From Chloroflexota bacterium (GTDB lineage: Bacteria > Chloroflexota > Anaerolineae > Anaerolineales > UBA4823), in contig JBFMFR010000027.1 of the NCBI GenBank assembly GCA_040752025.1, positions 6,082 to 70,081 on the forward strand: a stretch of DNA of 64,000 bases, written 5' to 3'. This document shows positions 41,105-50,473 of this stretch, piece by piece. Within the stretch, counting starts at the first letter, position 1. Every line of letters starts with the position of its first letter. A model generated the notes under the pieces. It was not told the DNA's origin. It saw only the letters and a list, made by a program, of their open reading frames with translations, and ran no database searches. The position numbers were made by a program, and so were the translations under genes.

Positions 41105-41797
41105 ATGGATCCTAAACTTCAAGAAATACTCTTGGAATTGATTGTTAATATCGTAAGCATCATCCTGGGCGGTGGAATTATCATGATGATAATTGAATGG
41201 CGTCGTCATCAAAGAGAACAGCGCAAATGGGAGCGCGAAGATCGGTTGATAGAGATAGATATTCCTCGTGCAGATATGTCTTATTCCACTTGGCAATTCC
41301 GGGAAGAAATGTCTGATGGGGAAAAATTAAACATCTATGAAAACAATTTGGAAGATACTATAAGATCAATGCTCGTTATAGTAGAATTCGTGATCCGCAA
41401 TACTACAGGGTCTGAAATTATTATAACAAAATATGATGTTATTCTGATTCAAATTCCTCCAGGAGATGAGACTAAGCGTTTTTATGATCTTGAAACGGCT
41501 GACCTAATATCAGTGCAGGATATCGGCCCCGTAAAACTCTCCCCTTACGCTGTAATTGCTAGAACAGCTATTGTGGTGAATACATTTAGTAAAAATAGGA
41601 GACTTGAAACGCCGCCATCTGCGCTAGCTGTTATCGTAACTACAAGTAGTGGAAATGTATTGCAAGGAACAGCCAGCTTAAGGATAGTAAGAGGGGTTCC
41701 TGACGATATCAAAGTTTATCAAGAAGAACTTCATTTGAAAAAATATATACAGAAAATTCAAACTCACTCCGATAACTTTAATGATATCCCCTTTTAG
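41105..41797 (+). CDS. N-terminal TM + beta-rich domain, C-terminus NFNDIPF
   Basis: Hydrophobic N-terminal stretch, AT-rich coding; same strand as and directly upstream of the RT. Confidence 0.7.
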   Translation: MDPKLQEILLELIVNIVSIILGGGIIMMIIEWRRHQREQRKWEREDRLIEIDIPRADMSYSTWQFREEMSDGEKLNIYENNLEDTIRSMLVIVEFVIRNTTGSEIIITKYDVILIQIPPGDETKRFYDLETADLISVQDIGPVKLSPYAVIARTAIVVNTFSKNRRLETPPSALAVIVTTSSGNVLQGTASLRIVRGVPDDIKVYQEELHLKKYIQKIQTHSDNFNDIPF

Positions 41798-41876
41798 CTA
41801 TTTATCTTGACTCTATATTTTATAGCTTGGATATTGCTTCGGTTTCCACTAACAGTTCTTAAAGAGTAGAGAGAAT

Positions 41877-43520
41877 ATGCCAATTCACGAGCTATTAGAT
41901 CTGAAAAAGGCTTTTCGTCGAGTGATGTCTGATAAACACGATGATACATGGCCTGACGTTGTGGGATATCGAGATTATTCGCTTCGACTTGATGAAAACT
42001 TAGGTTATCTGTCTTCTCAGTTAGAGCATCCTGGCTCATATAGAGCCAGCCTACCTCTAGGAATCGATTTGCCCAAAAAGGGGTTTACACTACGTCCAGG
42101 TGTAGTACCTCTAATAGATGATCGAACGATCTATCAAGCAACAGCAGATTTCTTGTCACCCCATTTCCGCACTGAAGCATGTGTTTTTAGTAATCAATTA
42201 TCTAGCCCTGAATCCTCACGAATGTTTTTGCCAGGTGTTGATCTATGGTTAGGATTTCAGGCTGAGGAAGAGAGACTTTGTGCAAATTTCCCTTTTGTAG
42301 TACAAACTGATATTACAGCATATTTCGAACATATTAGCCATGATTTATTATTACATCGAATTGATGATTTATTTTCTTCTCGTGTTGATCGAACAACTTT
42401 GCGGGAAATAAAAATAATACTACAGCGTCTTTGGATGCGTTGGAACAGATCTCGAAATCGTTTTGGAATACCTCAGGTAAATGATGCCTCATCATTTTAT
42501 GCAAATCTTTACTTGGATGAGCTAGATAAGTGGATGCTTAGACATAATTATACTTTCTTGCGTTATGTTGATGATATGCGTATATTTACCAGAGACGAAC
42601 CCAGTGCTCGAAGAGCCTTGGCAGAATTAATTACTCAGTTGCGTGAGATGGGATTATATGTCGCTTCAGCCAAGACCAAAATTCTGGATACAGCATCAGT
42701 GCTGGAAGAGATGATTCTAGGTCATCAAAGAATGGATGCGATAGAAACTGAACTAAGATCTAGAGATCCGAGACGTTTACAAGGTGCAGCTTCTCTTCTA
42801 GAAGATTTTGCAAACGAACTCATTAACTCTCCTGAACAATTTAATGACCGACATTTCCGATACTGTGTGAATCGGTTTAAGAAGCTTCGTGTCAATGGTT
42901 TAGGGGCAGCTACCCATGACCGTATGGTGATCGAAGTATTAGAGCGATTGAAGGCTATGCCCTACTCTACTGACATATTTGTAGATTACTTATCTTTGTT
43001 CCCAGATCATGATGTTATGCAACAAAGCATCCTTGAGTTTCTGGAAGGTCCCTACAACATATATCCTTGGCAGGAGATGCTGTTGTTAGAGTTGTTGATC
43101 CGTTGCCAGATTCCAATCCAATTTCTCGAACGGACCACGAGACTTGCACGCTCATTTGCGCTTGATAACTGGCAACATCCTGCATGCAGGGCCAAGGCAT
43201 ATATTTTGTGGGGAAAGATTGGCGATTATGCAGACAGAAGAGAAATTAGAGCACGTTATCACGATGAGGAAAGAGAAGATGTGCGTCGTGCCATTCTTGC
43301 AGCTATTCAGGAAATGCAGATCGGTGAACGTAATCACTTTTATGAAACCGTCTTGGTTGATTCGAGAGCTATCAATTACACAACCCGATATATTCAGACC
43401 CTTCCAAGACCCACTTACCATTATTTCAATCCTCCCAGAGGCTTCGAAGTAGAAGAAATCGAAGCTTTTGACATCTCGGATGATATAGATGAATTAAGTA
43501 GTGAAGATTTTCTCTATTAA
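41877..43520 (+). CDS. Reverse transcriptase, UG/Abi (defence-associated) type with helical C-terminal domain
   Basis: 'PKK...RP', 'TDITAYFEHI.H', 'GIPQ....SS..ANLYL', 'RYVDD', 'KT'; no maturase/HNH domain, no retron VTG motif. Confidence 0.9.
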   Translation: MPIHELLDLKKAFRRVMSDKHDDTWPDVVGYRDYSLRLDENLGYLSSQLEHPGSYRASLPLGIDLPKKGFTLRPGVVPLIDDRTIYQATADFLSPHFRTEACVFSNQLSSPESSRMFLPGVDLWLGFQAEEERLCANFPFVVQTDITAYFEHISHDLLLHRIDDLFSSRVDRTTLREIKIILQRLWMRWNRSRNRFGIPQVNDASSFYANLYLDELDKWMLRHNYTFLRYVDDMRIFTRDEPSARRALAELITQLREMGLYVASAKTKILDTASVLEEMILGHQRMDAIETELRSRDPRRLQGAASLLEDFANELINSPEQFNDRHFRYCVNRFKKLRVNGLGAATHDRMVIEVLERLKAMPYSTDIFVDYLSLFPDHDVMQQSILEFLEGPYNIYPWQEMLLLELLIRCQIPIQFLERTTRLARSFALDNWQHPACRAKAYILWGKIGDYADRREIRARYHDEEREDVRRAILAAIQEMQIGERNHFYETVLVDSRAINYTTRYIQTLPRPTYHYFNPPRGFEVEEIEAFDISDDIDELSSEDFLY

Positions 43521-43566
43521 CAAGGGGAAGTAATGGGATCACTTAGATACCCTCCGGAGAGACTTT

Positions 43567-44304
43567 ATGGAATTTGAGGAAACACTGAACCCAAGAATCA
43601 AGAAGCATTGCTTGCCTTTATGGCAGGATGGGTATTACAGACATGCTGCCCACGAATCTATGATACAAGTAGAGAATGCCTTAAAGGAGAAAGGTCTGGT
43701 TTCAGAGAAAAACAAAATTTATGGCCGCACGCTGATAAAAAGACTCCTCGATTCTAGTGGGAAGGAAAAATCTGTTAAACTACGTGTACCCTTAGGCGAG
43801 GATTTACAACAGCAAGCGAAAAACTACTTCGAGGGTGTTTTCGGATATTATAGGAACTATACTGCTCATGATGGTAGCAAAATAGATAAACCCATCAGCG
43901 CCCGCATTATGATCATTGCGTGCGAGTTGTTAGATCTGATTGACGCCTCAAACCTGAGTTTTACTGATATTGGTGGTATTGATGGTTTATTAGAACTGGG
44001 TGCATTTTCCAGCAAGCAGCAAATCTATGATGTGCTGGTACATTTGGAGGCGCAATATCTACCTGATGGAATGACCGACGGTTTACTTGAAGAGCTTTTT
44101 GAAAAGTTCGGGGTCGATGAGACAGAATTCTTCGCCTTATTTGATCTGGGATTGGTATGTTTTGTGGAAGAGGATTATGCTCCCTCACGAGAGGAATGGT
44201 TAGCAGTTTGGCAGAATTCTTCACCGCCTCAAACACTCGCTCATTTTGAGATAACTGATCTGGGCCAACAATTCCTTGATGAAATTTCGGCTGCCTCAAG
44301 TTAA
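43567..44304 (+). CDS. TIGR02391-like HEPN protein with C-terminal winged-helix-like domain
   Basis: 'G.Y..AA.E....VE..L', RxxxxH motif 'RNYTAH', C-terminal 'EITDLG..FL'. Confidence 0.7.
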   Translation: MEFEETLNPRIKKHCLPLWQDGYYRHAAHESMIQVENALKEKGLVSEKNKIYGRTLIKRLLDSSGKEKSVKLRVPLGEDLQQQAKNYFEGVFGYYRNYTAHDGSKIDKPISARIMIIACELLDLIDASNLSFTDIGGIDGLLELGAFSSKQQIYDVLVHLEAQYLPDGMTDGLLEELFEKFGVDETEFFALFDLGLVCFVEEDYAPSREEWLAVWQNSSPPQTLAHFEITDLGQQFLDEISAASS

Positions 44305-44442
44305 ATTAAACAGTGTCACATTGACCGTAGTAACGATTCAATTCTGCCTCGGCATGGTTTGGCTGGCCTCACCAACCTATTCAAACAACTTTCTCCCTAC
44401 CCTATTGTTCTTTCTGGCTAAAAAGATAATTTGGAGTGTGCT

Positions 44443-45294
44443 ATGAGAAAAATAATTAAACAGGTTGACCCGATCTTGCTTATAGGCATAACAATCTCAA
44501 TACTGATCTCAGTAATTCTCGTGTTTGTTGGGCAAGATGAAGTTAATAGCCTTTTGGTTGGTTTAGTACTTACTACAATTACTCTTATCATCGATGGTTT
44601 CACCCGAATTAAAGAGGTTGAAAGGAATACGATTCAAGCATTAGGATTAGAAGAATCACTAACTAAATACCCATTTTTATTCTCGACCTTATTCCAAATA
44701 GCGAAAGATTATGAAAGTGTAAGAAATCTCGAATTTGATTTTTTTAAACACGGAGCTGATGATGTTCTCTTAGATTGTCGTAATACTATTCATAGCTTGG
44801 CTGAGCAAAGAATAGAAGTGGGGTTAGAGAATAATCTTGCTTACGGACGTCAAGGGATTCATGATGCTCAAAAAAGCCTTAAGGCAGTTGCTTATGCCGA
44901 ACCTTCTTTTTGGAAGACAAAATATGCAGATTTTTACTTAGAATCAAATGCTCAGGCTGTTGCACGTGGTGTTAAATTTACACGAATATGGCTTTACGAT
45001 GTAAAGACTTTAACAGAATATCAAGAAATCTTGCAAAGGCAAGTGGATGTGGGGATTCGTGTTTTGATAGCTTACCCTGATAGAGTTCCAGACCATATAC
45101 TAGATGATATTCTTCTCGTTGATGATAAGGTTCTCGCCAGGTTGGTACTAGATGCAAATGGGAAAGCAAAATCCCAGATAGTAACCATTGACCCAATAGA
45201 GATTGAAAAAGCAATGCAAAAATTCACTTTATTGGAAAGATATTCTCAAACTTATAGTGAGTTCTTAGATTATATGAACAAAAACAAAGAATGA
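44443..45294 (+). CDS. 2TM + DUF6879-like (PLD-like fold) protein
   Basis: Two N-terminal TM helices; 'W....Y...N..AV.RGV...RI...Q...GI.V...D.LLVDD'. Confidence 0.6.
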   Translation: MRKIIKQVDPILLIGITISILISVILVFVGQDEVNSLLVGLVLTTITLIIDGFTRIKEVERNTIQALGLEESLTKYPFLFSTLFQIAKDYESVRNLEFDFFKHGADDVLLDCRNTIHSLAEQRIEVGLENNLAYGRQGIHDAQKSLKAVAYAEPSFWKTKYADFYLESNAQAVARGVKFTRIWLYDVKTLTEYQEILQRQVDVGIRVLIAYPDRVPDHILDDILLVDDKVLARLVLDANGKAKSQIVTIDPIEIEKAMQKFTLLERYSQTYSEFLDYMNKNKE

Positions 45295-45466
45295 TTTTTA
45301 CAGAGCACTTTTGCGAGCGAACTCTAGTTCCACTAGCTGGGCTTTCACCTGAAGGATACGCGGCGCAAAAAGCCAAGCTTGAGGCCAAAACCTGATCCTG
45401 ATTTATTCAAGAAACCTGAAATTGCCCAATCCGTTCTCGAACTATAAAATCACCACCCTTCCTCCC

Positions 45467-48265
45467 ATGCCCTGGCCCCCCACCCTCACCCGCCTCCAAT
45501 CCCTCCTCGCCGAGCTCTACCCCCACGGCGAAGACACCCGCCGCCTGGCCACCCGGGCCAACCTGCCCCTGGCCAACCTGCACCTGGAAGGACCGCCGAT
45601 CCGCAACTGGCACAGCCTGCTCAACCAGGCCATCCGCCACCAGCGCCTGGAGCCCCTGCTCGAAATCGTCAGCAGCGAATACCCCGAGCACCTGGCCGAA
45701 GCCCTCCAAGAGTTCCGGGCTTACCTCGCTGCCGGCGCAGCGATCCAGGTGGAAGAAGAAGAACCGACCCACCCCGCTTCAGCCGTCAGTGTCGGATCTA
45801 TCTCGCACACCTCCGGCGGCCAGGTCAACATCGCCGGCAGAGATGTCAACGTTTACCCCATCTCTCCCCTGCCCGCCTACCAACCCCCACCCCTGCCCCC
45901 CTCCGACAGCCTCCCCGACCCCGCCGCCTTACCCCCCGCCTCGCGCCTGCCCTTCCCGCGCAACGCGGCCTTCACCGGGCGCCTGCCCGACCTGCAAAGC
46001 CTGGCCCGGCGCCTGTTCTACGCCCAGGCAGGCCCCCTGGCCATCACTCAAAGCCTGTCCGGCATGGGCGGCATCGGCAAGACCCAGCTCGCCGTCGAGC
46101 TCGCCTACCGCTACGGCCAGTTCACCCACGGGGTGCACTGGCTCAACGCCGCCCAGGACCTCGACGCCGAAATCGCCGCCTGCGGCCTGGCCATGCAGCT
46201 CCAGCCCTGGCCCGACGAGCAGCCCAAGCAAGTCGCCCTCACCTTGCAGCGCTGGCAGGCCCAGCCCCAGCGCCTGGTGATCCTCGACAACCTCGATGAC
46301 CCCGCCCTGCTGCAAGCCTGGCTGCCCCAGCTCGGAAACACCCGCATCCTCGTCACCACCCGCCTGGCCAGCCTGCCCCGCACCCTGCAGATCGACCTGC
46401 ACCGCCTGGACTGCCTCAAGCGCCCCGAGAGCCTGGCCCTGCTGCGCAAACTGGCCCCGCGCCTGGAGCGCCTGCCCGACCCCGAGCTCGAGCCCCTGGC
46501 CGAGCGCCTGTGCGACCTGCCCCTGGCCCTGCACATTGCCGGCACCTACCTGGACAAGCGCCCCGGCCTGACCCCCGCCGCCTACCTGGGCGAGATCGAG
46601 CAGGCCGGCGGCCTGGTGCAGCACCAATACCTGCCCGAGTCGCTGCGCGAGCGCACCCCCACGCAGCACGAACTGGACCTGTATGCCACCTTCCGGGTGA
46701 GCTGGAACTACCTGGACGCAAACGACCCCCTCGACCAGGCCGCCCGCCGCCTGTTCCTGGCCGCCGGCTGCTGCGCCCCCAACACCCCCATCCCCGTGGA
46801 AATCTTCAGCGCCCTGCCAGACGCCGGCGAGCCCGACCTGCCCCTGGCGCGACTGGCCGGCCTGGGCCTGCTGAACGCCGAGCCGCCCCTGATCCACCCC
46901 CTGCTGGCCGAGTTCGCCGGCGCCCTGGATCAGCAGGGTGAAACAAGCGCCCTTCCCGCCCTGGCCGATGCTTTGGTCGATCTGTCCTACGAAGCCAACG
47001 CCAGCGGTTTCCCGGCGCGCTTCACCCCCTTGCGCCCGCACATCGCCCGGGTGGCCGATCTGGCCGTGAAGCAGGGCCTGGAGAAAGCCGCCGCCCTCCT
47101 GGGCAACCTGGGCTTCCACCTCCAGGCAGTCGCCGACTACCAGGCCGCCCGCCCCTACTACGAGCAGGCCCTGGCCATCCGCCGCCAGGCCCTGGGCGAG
47201 GCCCACCCCAACACCGCCACCAGCCTCAACAACCTGGGCTCCCTGCTGCAAGACCTGGGCGAACTGCAAGCCGCCCGCCCCTACCTGGAGCAGGCCCTGG
47301 CCATCACCCGGCAAGCCCTGGGCGAGGCCCACCCCGACACCGCCAGCAGCCTCAACAACCTGGGTCTGCTGCTGCAAGCCCTGGGCGAACTGCAAGCCGC
47401 CCGTTCCTATCTGGAGCAGGCCCTGGCCATCACCCGGCAAGCCCTGGGCGAGGCCCACCCCGACACCGCCACCAGCCTCAACAACCTGGGCTCCCTGCTG
47501 CAAGACCTGGGCGAACTGCAAGCCGCCCGCACCTACTACGAGCAGGCCCTGGCCATCTACCGGCAAGCCCTGGGCGAGGCCCACCCCGACACCGCCCAAA
47601 GCCTCAACAACCTGGGCCTGCTGCTGCAAGACCTGGGCGAGCTGCAAGCCGCCCGCCCCTACCTGGAGCAGGCCCTGGCCATCCGCCGGCAAGCCCTGGG
47701 CGAGGCCCACCCCGACACCGCCAGCAGCCTCAACAACCTGGGCTCCCTGCTGCAAGACCTGGGCGAACTGCAAGCCGCCCGCCCCTGCTACGAGCAGGCC
47801 CTGGCCATCCGCCGGCAAGCCCTGGGCGAGGCCCACCCCGCCACCGCCAGCAGCCTCAACAACCTGGGCTACCTGCTGCGCGCCATGGGCGAACTGCAAG
47901 CCGCCCGCCCCTACTTCGAGCAGGCCCTGGCCATCTACCGGCAAGCCCTGGGCGAGGCCCACCCCGACACCGCCACCAGCCTCAACAACCTGGGAGGACT
48001 GCTGCAAGCGACGGGCGAACTGCAAGCTGCCCGCCCCTACCTGGAGCAGGCCCTGGCCATCACCCGGCAAGCCCTGGGCGAGGCCCACCCCGACACCGCC
48101 CGCAGCCTCAACAACCTGGGCACTCTGATGTACGATCTGGGTGATTTACCCGCTGCTCACCGCTACCTGGAGCAAGCTCTGGCCATCTTCGAGCAGGTTT
48201 TGCCCCCTGGTCACCCCCATATTCGCCTCGTCAAGAATAGCCTGCACTTCCTGAACGAAACATAA
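45467..48265 (+). CDS. NLR-like STAND protein: EAD1 + NB-ARC + 9 TPR repeats
   Basis: EAD1-like 'L..LLA.LYP...W..LL..A...L..LL.....EYP'; 'FTGR', 'GMGGIGKTQLA', 'LVILDN', 'LPLAL'; 42-aa repeats. Confidence 0.9.
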   Translation: MPWPPTLTRLQSLLAELYPHGEDTRRLATRANLPLANLHLEGPPIRNWHSLLNQAIRHQRLEPLLEIVSSEYPEHLAEALQEFRAYLAAGAAIQVEEEEPTHPASAVSVGSISHTSGGQVNIAGRDVNVYPISPLPAYQPPPLPPSDSLPDPAALPPASRLPFPRNAAFTGRLPDLQSLARRLFYAQAGPLAITQSLSGMGGIGKTQLAVELAYRYGQFTHGVHWLNAAQDLDAEIAACGLAMQLQPWPDEQPKQVALTLQRWQAQPQRLVILDNLDDPALLQAWLPQLGNTRILVTTRLASLPRTLQIDLHRLDCLKRPESLALLRKLAPRLERLPDPELEPLAERLCDLPLALHIAGTYLDKRPGLTPAAYLGEIEQAGGLVQHQYLPESLRERTPTQHELDLYATFRVSWNYLDANDPLDQAARRLFLAAGCCAPNTPIPVEIFSALPDAGEPDLPLARLAGLGLLNAEPPLIHPLLAEFAGALDQQGETSALPALADALVDLSYEANASGFPARFTPLRPHIARVADLAVKQGLEKAAALLGNLGFHLQAVADYQAARPYYEQALAIRRQALGEAHPNTATSLNNLGSLLQDLGELQAARPYLEQALAITRQALGEAHPDTASSLNNLGLLLQALGELQAARSYLEQALAITRQALGEAHPDTATSLNNLGSLLQDLGELQAARTYYEQALAIYRQALGEAHPDTAQSLNNLGLLLQDLGELQAARPYLEQALAIRRQALGEAHPDTASSLNNLGSLLQDLGELQAARPCYEQALAIRRQALGEAHPATASSLNNLGYLLRAMGELQAARPYFEQALAIYRQALGEAHPDTATSLNNLGGLLQATGELQAARPYLEQALAITRQALGEAHPDTARSLNNLGTLMYDLGDLPAAHRYLEQALAIFEQVLPPGHPHIRLVKNSLHFLNET
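47093..48230 (+). repeat. Intragenic tandem array of ~9 x 126-bp TPR units
   Basis: Near-identical 'gagcaggccctggccatc...gccctgggcgaggcccaccccgacaccgcc...agcctcaacaacctggg' units. Confidence 0.92.
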
Positions 48266-48300
48266 TTTGTCAATCGAACCCCTGTTCCCTTGACGCGTTC

Positions 48301-48344
48301 AGAAATCGGATTTTGTCGCTGCGCTGATCAAAAATCCGATTTCT
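48301..48344. repeat. Palindromic repeat AGAAATCGGATTTT...AAAATCCGATTTCT
   Basis: 14-bp inverted repeat; related copy at 63170-63203. Confidence 0.7.
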
Positions 48345-48371
48345 AGCTGCGCCAGCGCATCGCCGGCGGTG

Positions 48372-48483
48372 CTACCCGCCCAAATAACGCAAAGCGATCA
48401 TGGTGATGTCATCGAACTGGGTGGCGTCCAGGACGTGGTGGTCGACCAGGTTGAGCAGGGCCCTGGCGCTCAGGCCGGGCCAG
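48372..48483 (-). pseudogene. Orphan duplicate of the 3' end of the REC-PP2C phosphatase gene
   Basis: Translates WPGLSARALLNLVDHHVLDATQFDDITMIALRYLGG*, matching 49093-49216 with a 12-nt deletion. Confidence 0.85.
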
Positions 48484-48545
48484 TGAGCGCTCCCAAATAA
48501 TGCTGTGCCTGCAAGAACAGTGGTAAACTAAAGACTCGGCTTCGC

Positions 48546-49127
48546 ATGGAATTTCCAACTACACTGCCCTTTTTACTCGCTTTGACAGTTCCGGTGACCA
48601 CCGTGGCGCTGCTCTACGCGCGCTGGGAGTATCGCCAGCGGGGCCGGCTGGCCGGATTGGGATTGGCGCTGATTTGCGCCATGTTCTTCGTGCCCAATCT
48701 GATCCTCGAATACGCCACTACCTATGAGATGCCGAGCACGCTTCTGGACTACGTTGGCGTAATCGTCGGCGGTTTCGGGATAGGGTTGTGTCTGATCAGT
48801 ATTGCCGTCTTCCACTCGATGCCCAAAACCCTGTGCATAGATGCCGGCAAGTTGACTACCGCCGGGCCATACCGGTGGAGCCGCAACCCGCAGTACGTGG
48901 GCTGGTTCCTGTTCCTGCTCGGATTTGCGCTCAACGACTGGTCGCTGTGGTGCCTGGCGGCTCTGCTCGCCATCGCCATCAGCTTACATCTCCTGGTTCT
49001 CGTGGAAGAAGAACACCTGCTTCGCACCTTCGGCAAGCAGTACCTCGAGTTTTGTCGCAAAGTCCCGCGTTATGCCGGAAGAGGGCAATCCCTCACCCGC
49101 CCAAATAACGCAAAGCGATCATGGTAA
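48546..49127 (+). CDS. Isoprenylcysteine carboxyl methyltransferase / PEMT family membrane protein
   Basis: 'L.T.GPYRWSRNPQY', 'EEE.L...FG..Y..F...VPRY'. Confidence 0.9.
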   Translation: MEFPTTLPFLLALTVPVTTVALLYARWEYRQRGRLAGLGLALICAMFFVPNLILEYATTYEMPSTLLDYVGVIVGGFGIGLCLISIAVFHSMPKTLCIDAGKLTTAGPYRWSRNPQYVGWFLFLLGFALNDWSLWCLAALLAIAISLHLLVLVEEEHLLRTFGKQYLEFCRKVPRYAGRGQSLTRPNNAKRSW

Positions 49128-50391
49128 TATCGTCGAACTGCGTGGCATCCAGGATGTGGTTGTGGATGTGGTGGTCGACCAGGTTGAGCAGGGCCTTGGC
49201 GCTCAGGCCGGGCCAGCGCACCAGCTCGGAGAGGCGTTTGTCGCCGTAATGCTCGCCCTGCGGGTTGGCGGCATCGGGGACGCCGTCGGTGAAGGCGTAC
49301 AGCAGGTCGCCTGGTTCGAGGTCGACCTGCCCGATTTCGAAGCGCGCTCCTGGAATCACACCCACCGCCGGCCCGGTGGGCTTGAGGCGGGCCTTGATGC
49401 TGCCGTTCTTATCCAGCACGTAGGGCGGGTTGTGCCCGGCATTGATGTAGAATACGTTGCCGTTGGAAGGGTCCAGCGTGCCGAAGAACATGGTGAAGAA
49501 CATGTTGCTGTCGCTGTGGTTATCGATGATGTATTTGTTGGTCAGGTTGACGGCTGACTTCAGGCTGGTGGTGCCGGCCGAAAGCAAGGCGCGCTGCGGC
49601 TCTTCCTGCTCGGCGATCTGAGCGAGCGGGTCATCCGACCGGCGGTTGCGGCTGGCCTGGGCGCCCTTTTTCACCGTATTCAGCCAATCGCCGGAGGAGA
49701 ATTCCTGGGTATCCATCCAGCGCAGGGACATGTTCTGCTGGGAAAAGGCGCGCAGCAGGCTGCGGCACAAGGCCATGAACAGGGCCGAGGGCATGCCTTT
49801 GTCGCACACGTCCGCCACCACGAAGCCCACGCGGCGCTTGCCGGACATGAAGAAGGCGTCGTACCAGTCGCCGGCGACTTCGCGGGCCGGATAGAAGAGG
49901 GCCTGGAGTTCCCAGCCCGGCACCCTGGGCAGCTCGCGCGGCAAGAAGTTCTCCTGGATGCGCCGGGCGACGTCGATATCGTGCTGCAAGTGCAGCATGC
50001 GCTCGCGCGCCTGCTGGTTCTTGACGAAGGCGTGGCGCTCGAGGCAGCCGGTGACGCGCACCTGCAACAGGCCAGGGTTATAGGGCTCGTGCAGGTAATC
50101 CTGGGCGCCCAGGGCCAGGCACTGCTCGGCCAGTTGGATTTCGTCCAGGCGCGCCAGGACGATCACCGGCGAATCACAGCCAGCGGCGCGGATTTGCTCG
50201 AGGATATCCAGGCGGTGGGCATCCAGCAAGAGCAGGTCGAACGTCTCACACGCCAGTTGTTCCAGGACAGCCTGGTGATTATCCACCAGGGTTACCTGGA
50301 GGTTCATCTGCTCCAGATGCATGCGCAAGAAAGGGATGTCTTCCGGATGATCGGTCTGGATCAAAACGCGGCTATTCGAAAATTCAGTCAT
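49093..50391 (-). CDS. Receiver-like domain + PP2C/SpoIIE (RsbU-like) phosphatase
   Basis: 'AREVAGDWYD', 'ADVCDKG', 'NAGHNPP', 'TDGV', 'DDITM'; degenerate REC N-terminus. Confidence 0.92.
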   Translation of the reverse strand: MTEFSNSRVLIQTDHPEDIPFLRMHLEQMNLQVTLVDNHQAVLEQLACETFDLLLLDAHRLDILEQIRAAGCDSPVIVLARLDEIQLAEQCLALGAQDYLHEPYNPGLLQVRVTGCLERHAFVKNQQARERMLHLQHDIDVARRIQENFLPRELPRVPGWELQALFYPAREVAGDWYDAFFMSGKRRVGFVVADVCDKGMPSALFMALCRSLLRAFSQQNMSLRWMDTQEFSSGDWLNTVKKGAQASRNRRSDDPLAQIAEQEEPQRALLSAGTTSLKSAVNLTNKYIIDNHSDSNMFFTMFFGTLDPSNGNVFYINAGHNPPYVLDKNGSIKARLKPTGPAVGVIPGARFEIGQVDLEPGDLLYAFTDGVPDAANPQGEHYGDKRLSELVRWPGLSAKALLNLVDHHIHNHILDATQFDDITMIALRYLGG

Positions 50392-50473
50392 AAGGTATTT
50401 TCTCAGTCGATGGCAGGCAAAGGAACCTGAAAGTTCACGAGCTTCCAGGTTACCTCATCCGCAGATGGCCTGC

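Noticed and set aside
41797-43520. Retron or group II intron
   Set aside because: Only 79 nt upstream with no a1/a2 inverted repeats, no VTG motif, no maturase domain or intron domain V
45929-48088. 719-aa repetitive minus-strand ORF
   Set aside because: Antisense shadow of the NB-ARC-TPR gene caused by codon bias
41877-48265. Diversity-generating retroelement (RT near a variable TPR array)
   Set aside because: RT lacks the DGR 'SQ' motif and has a long helical C-domain; no TR/VR pair or Avd; TPR differences are not adenine-specific
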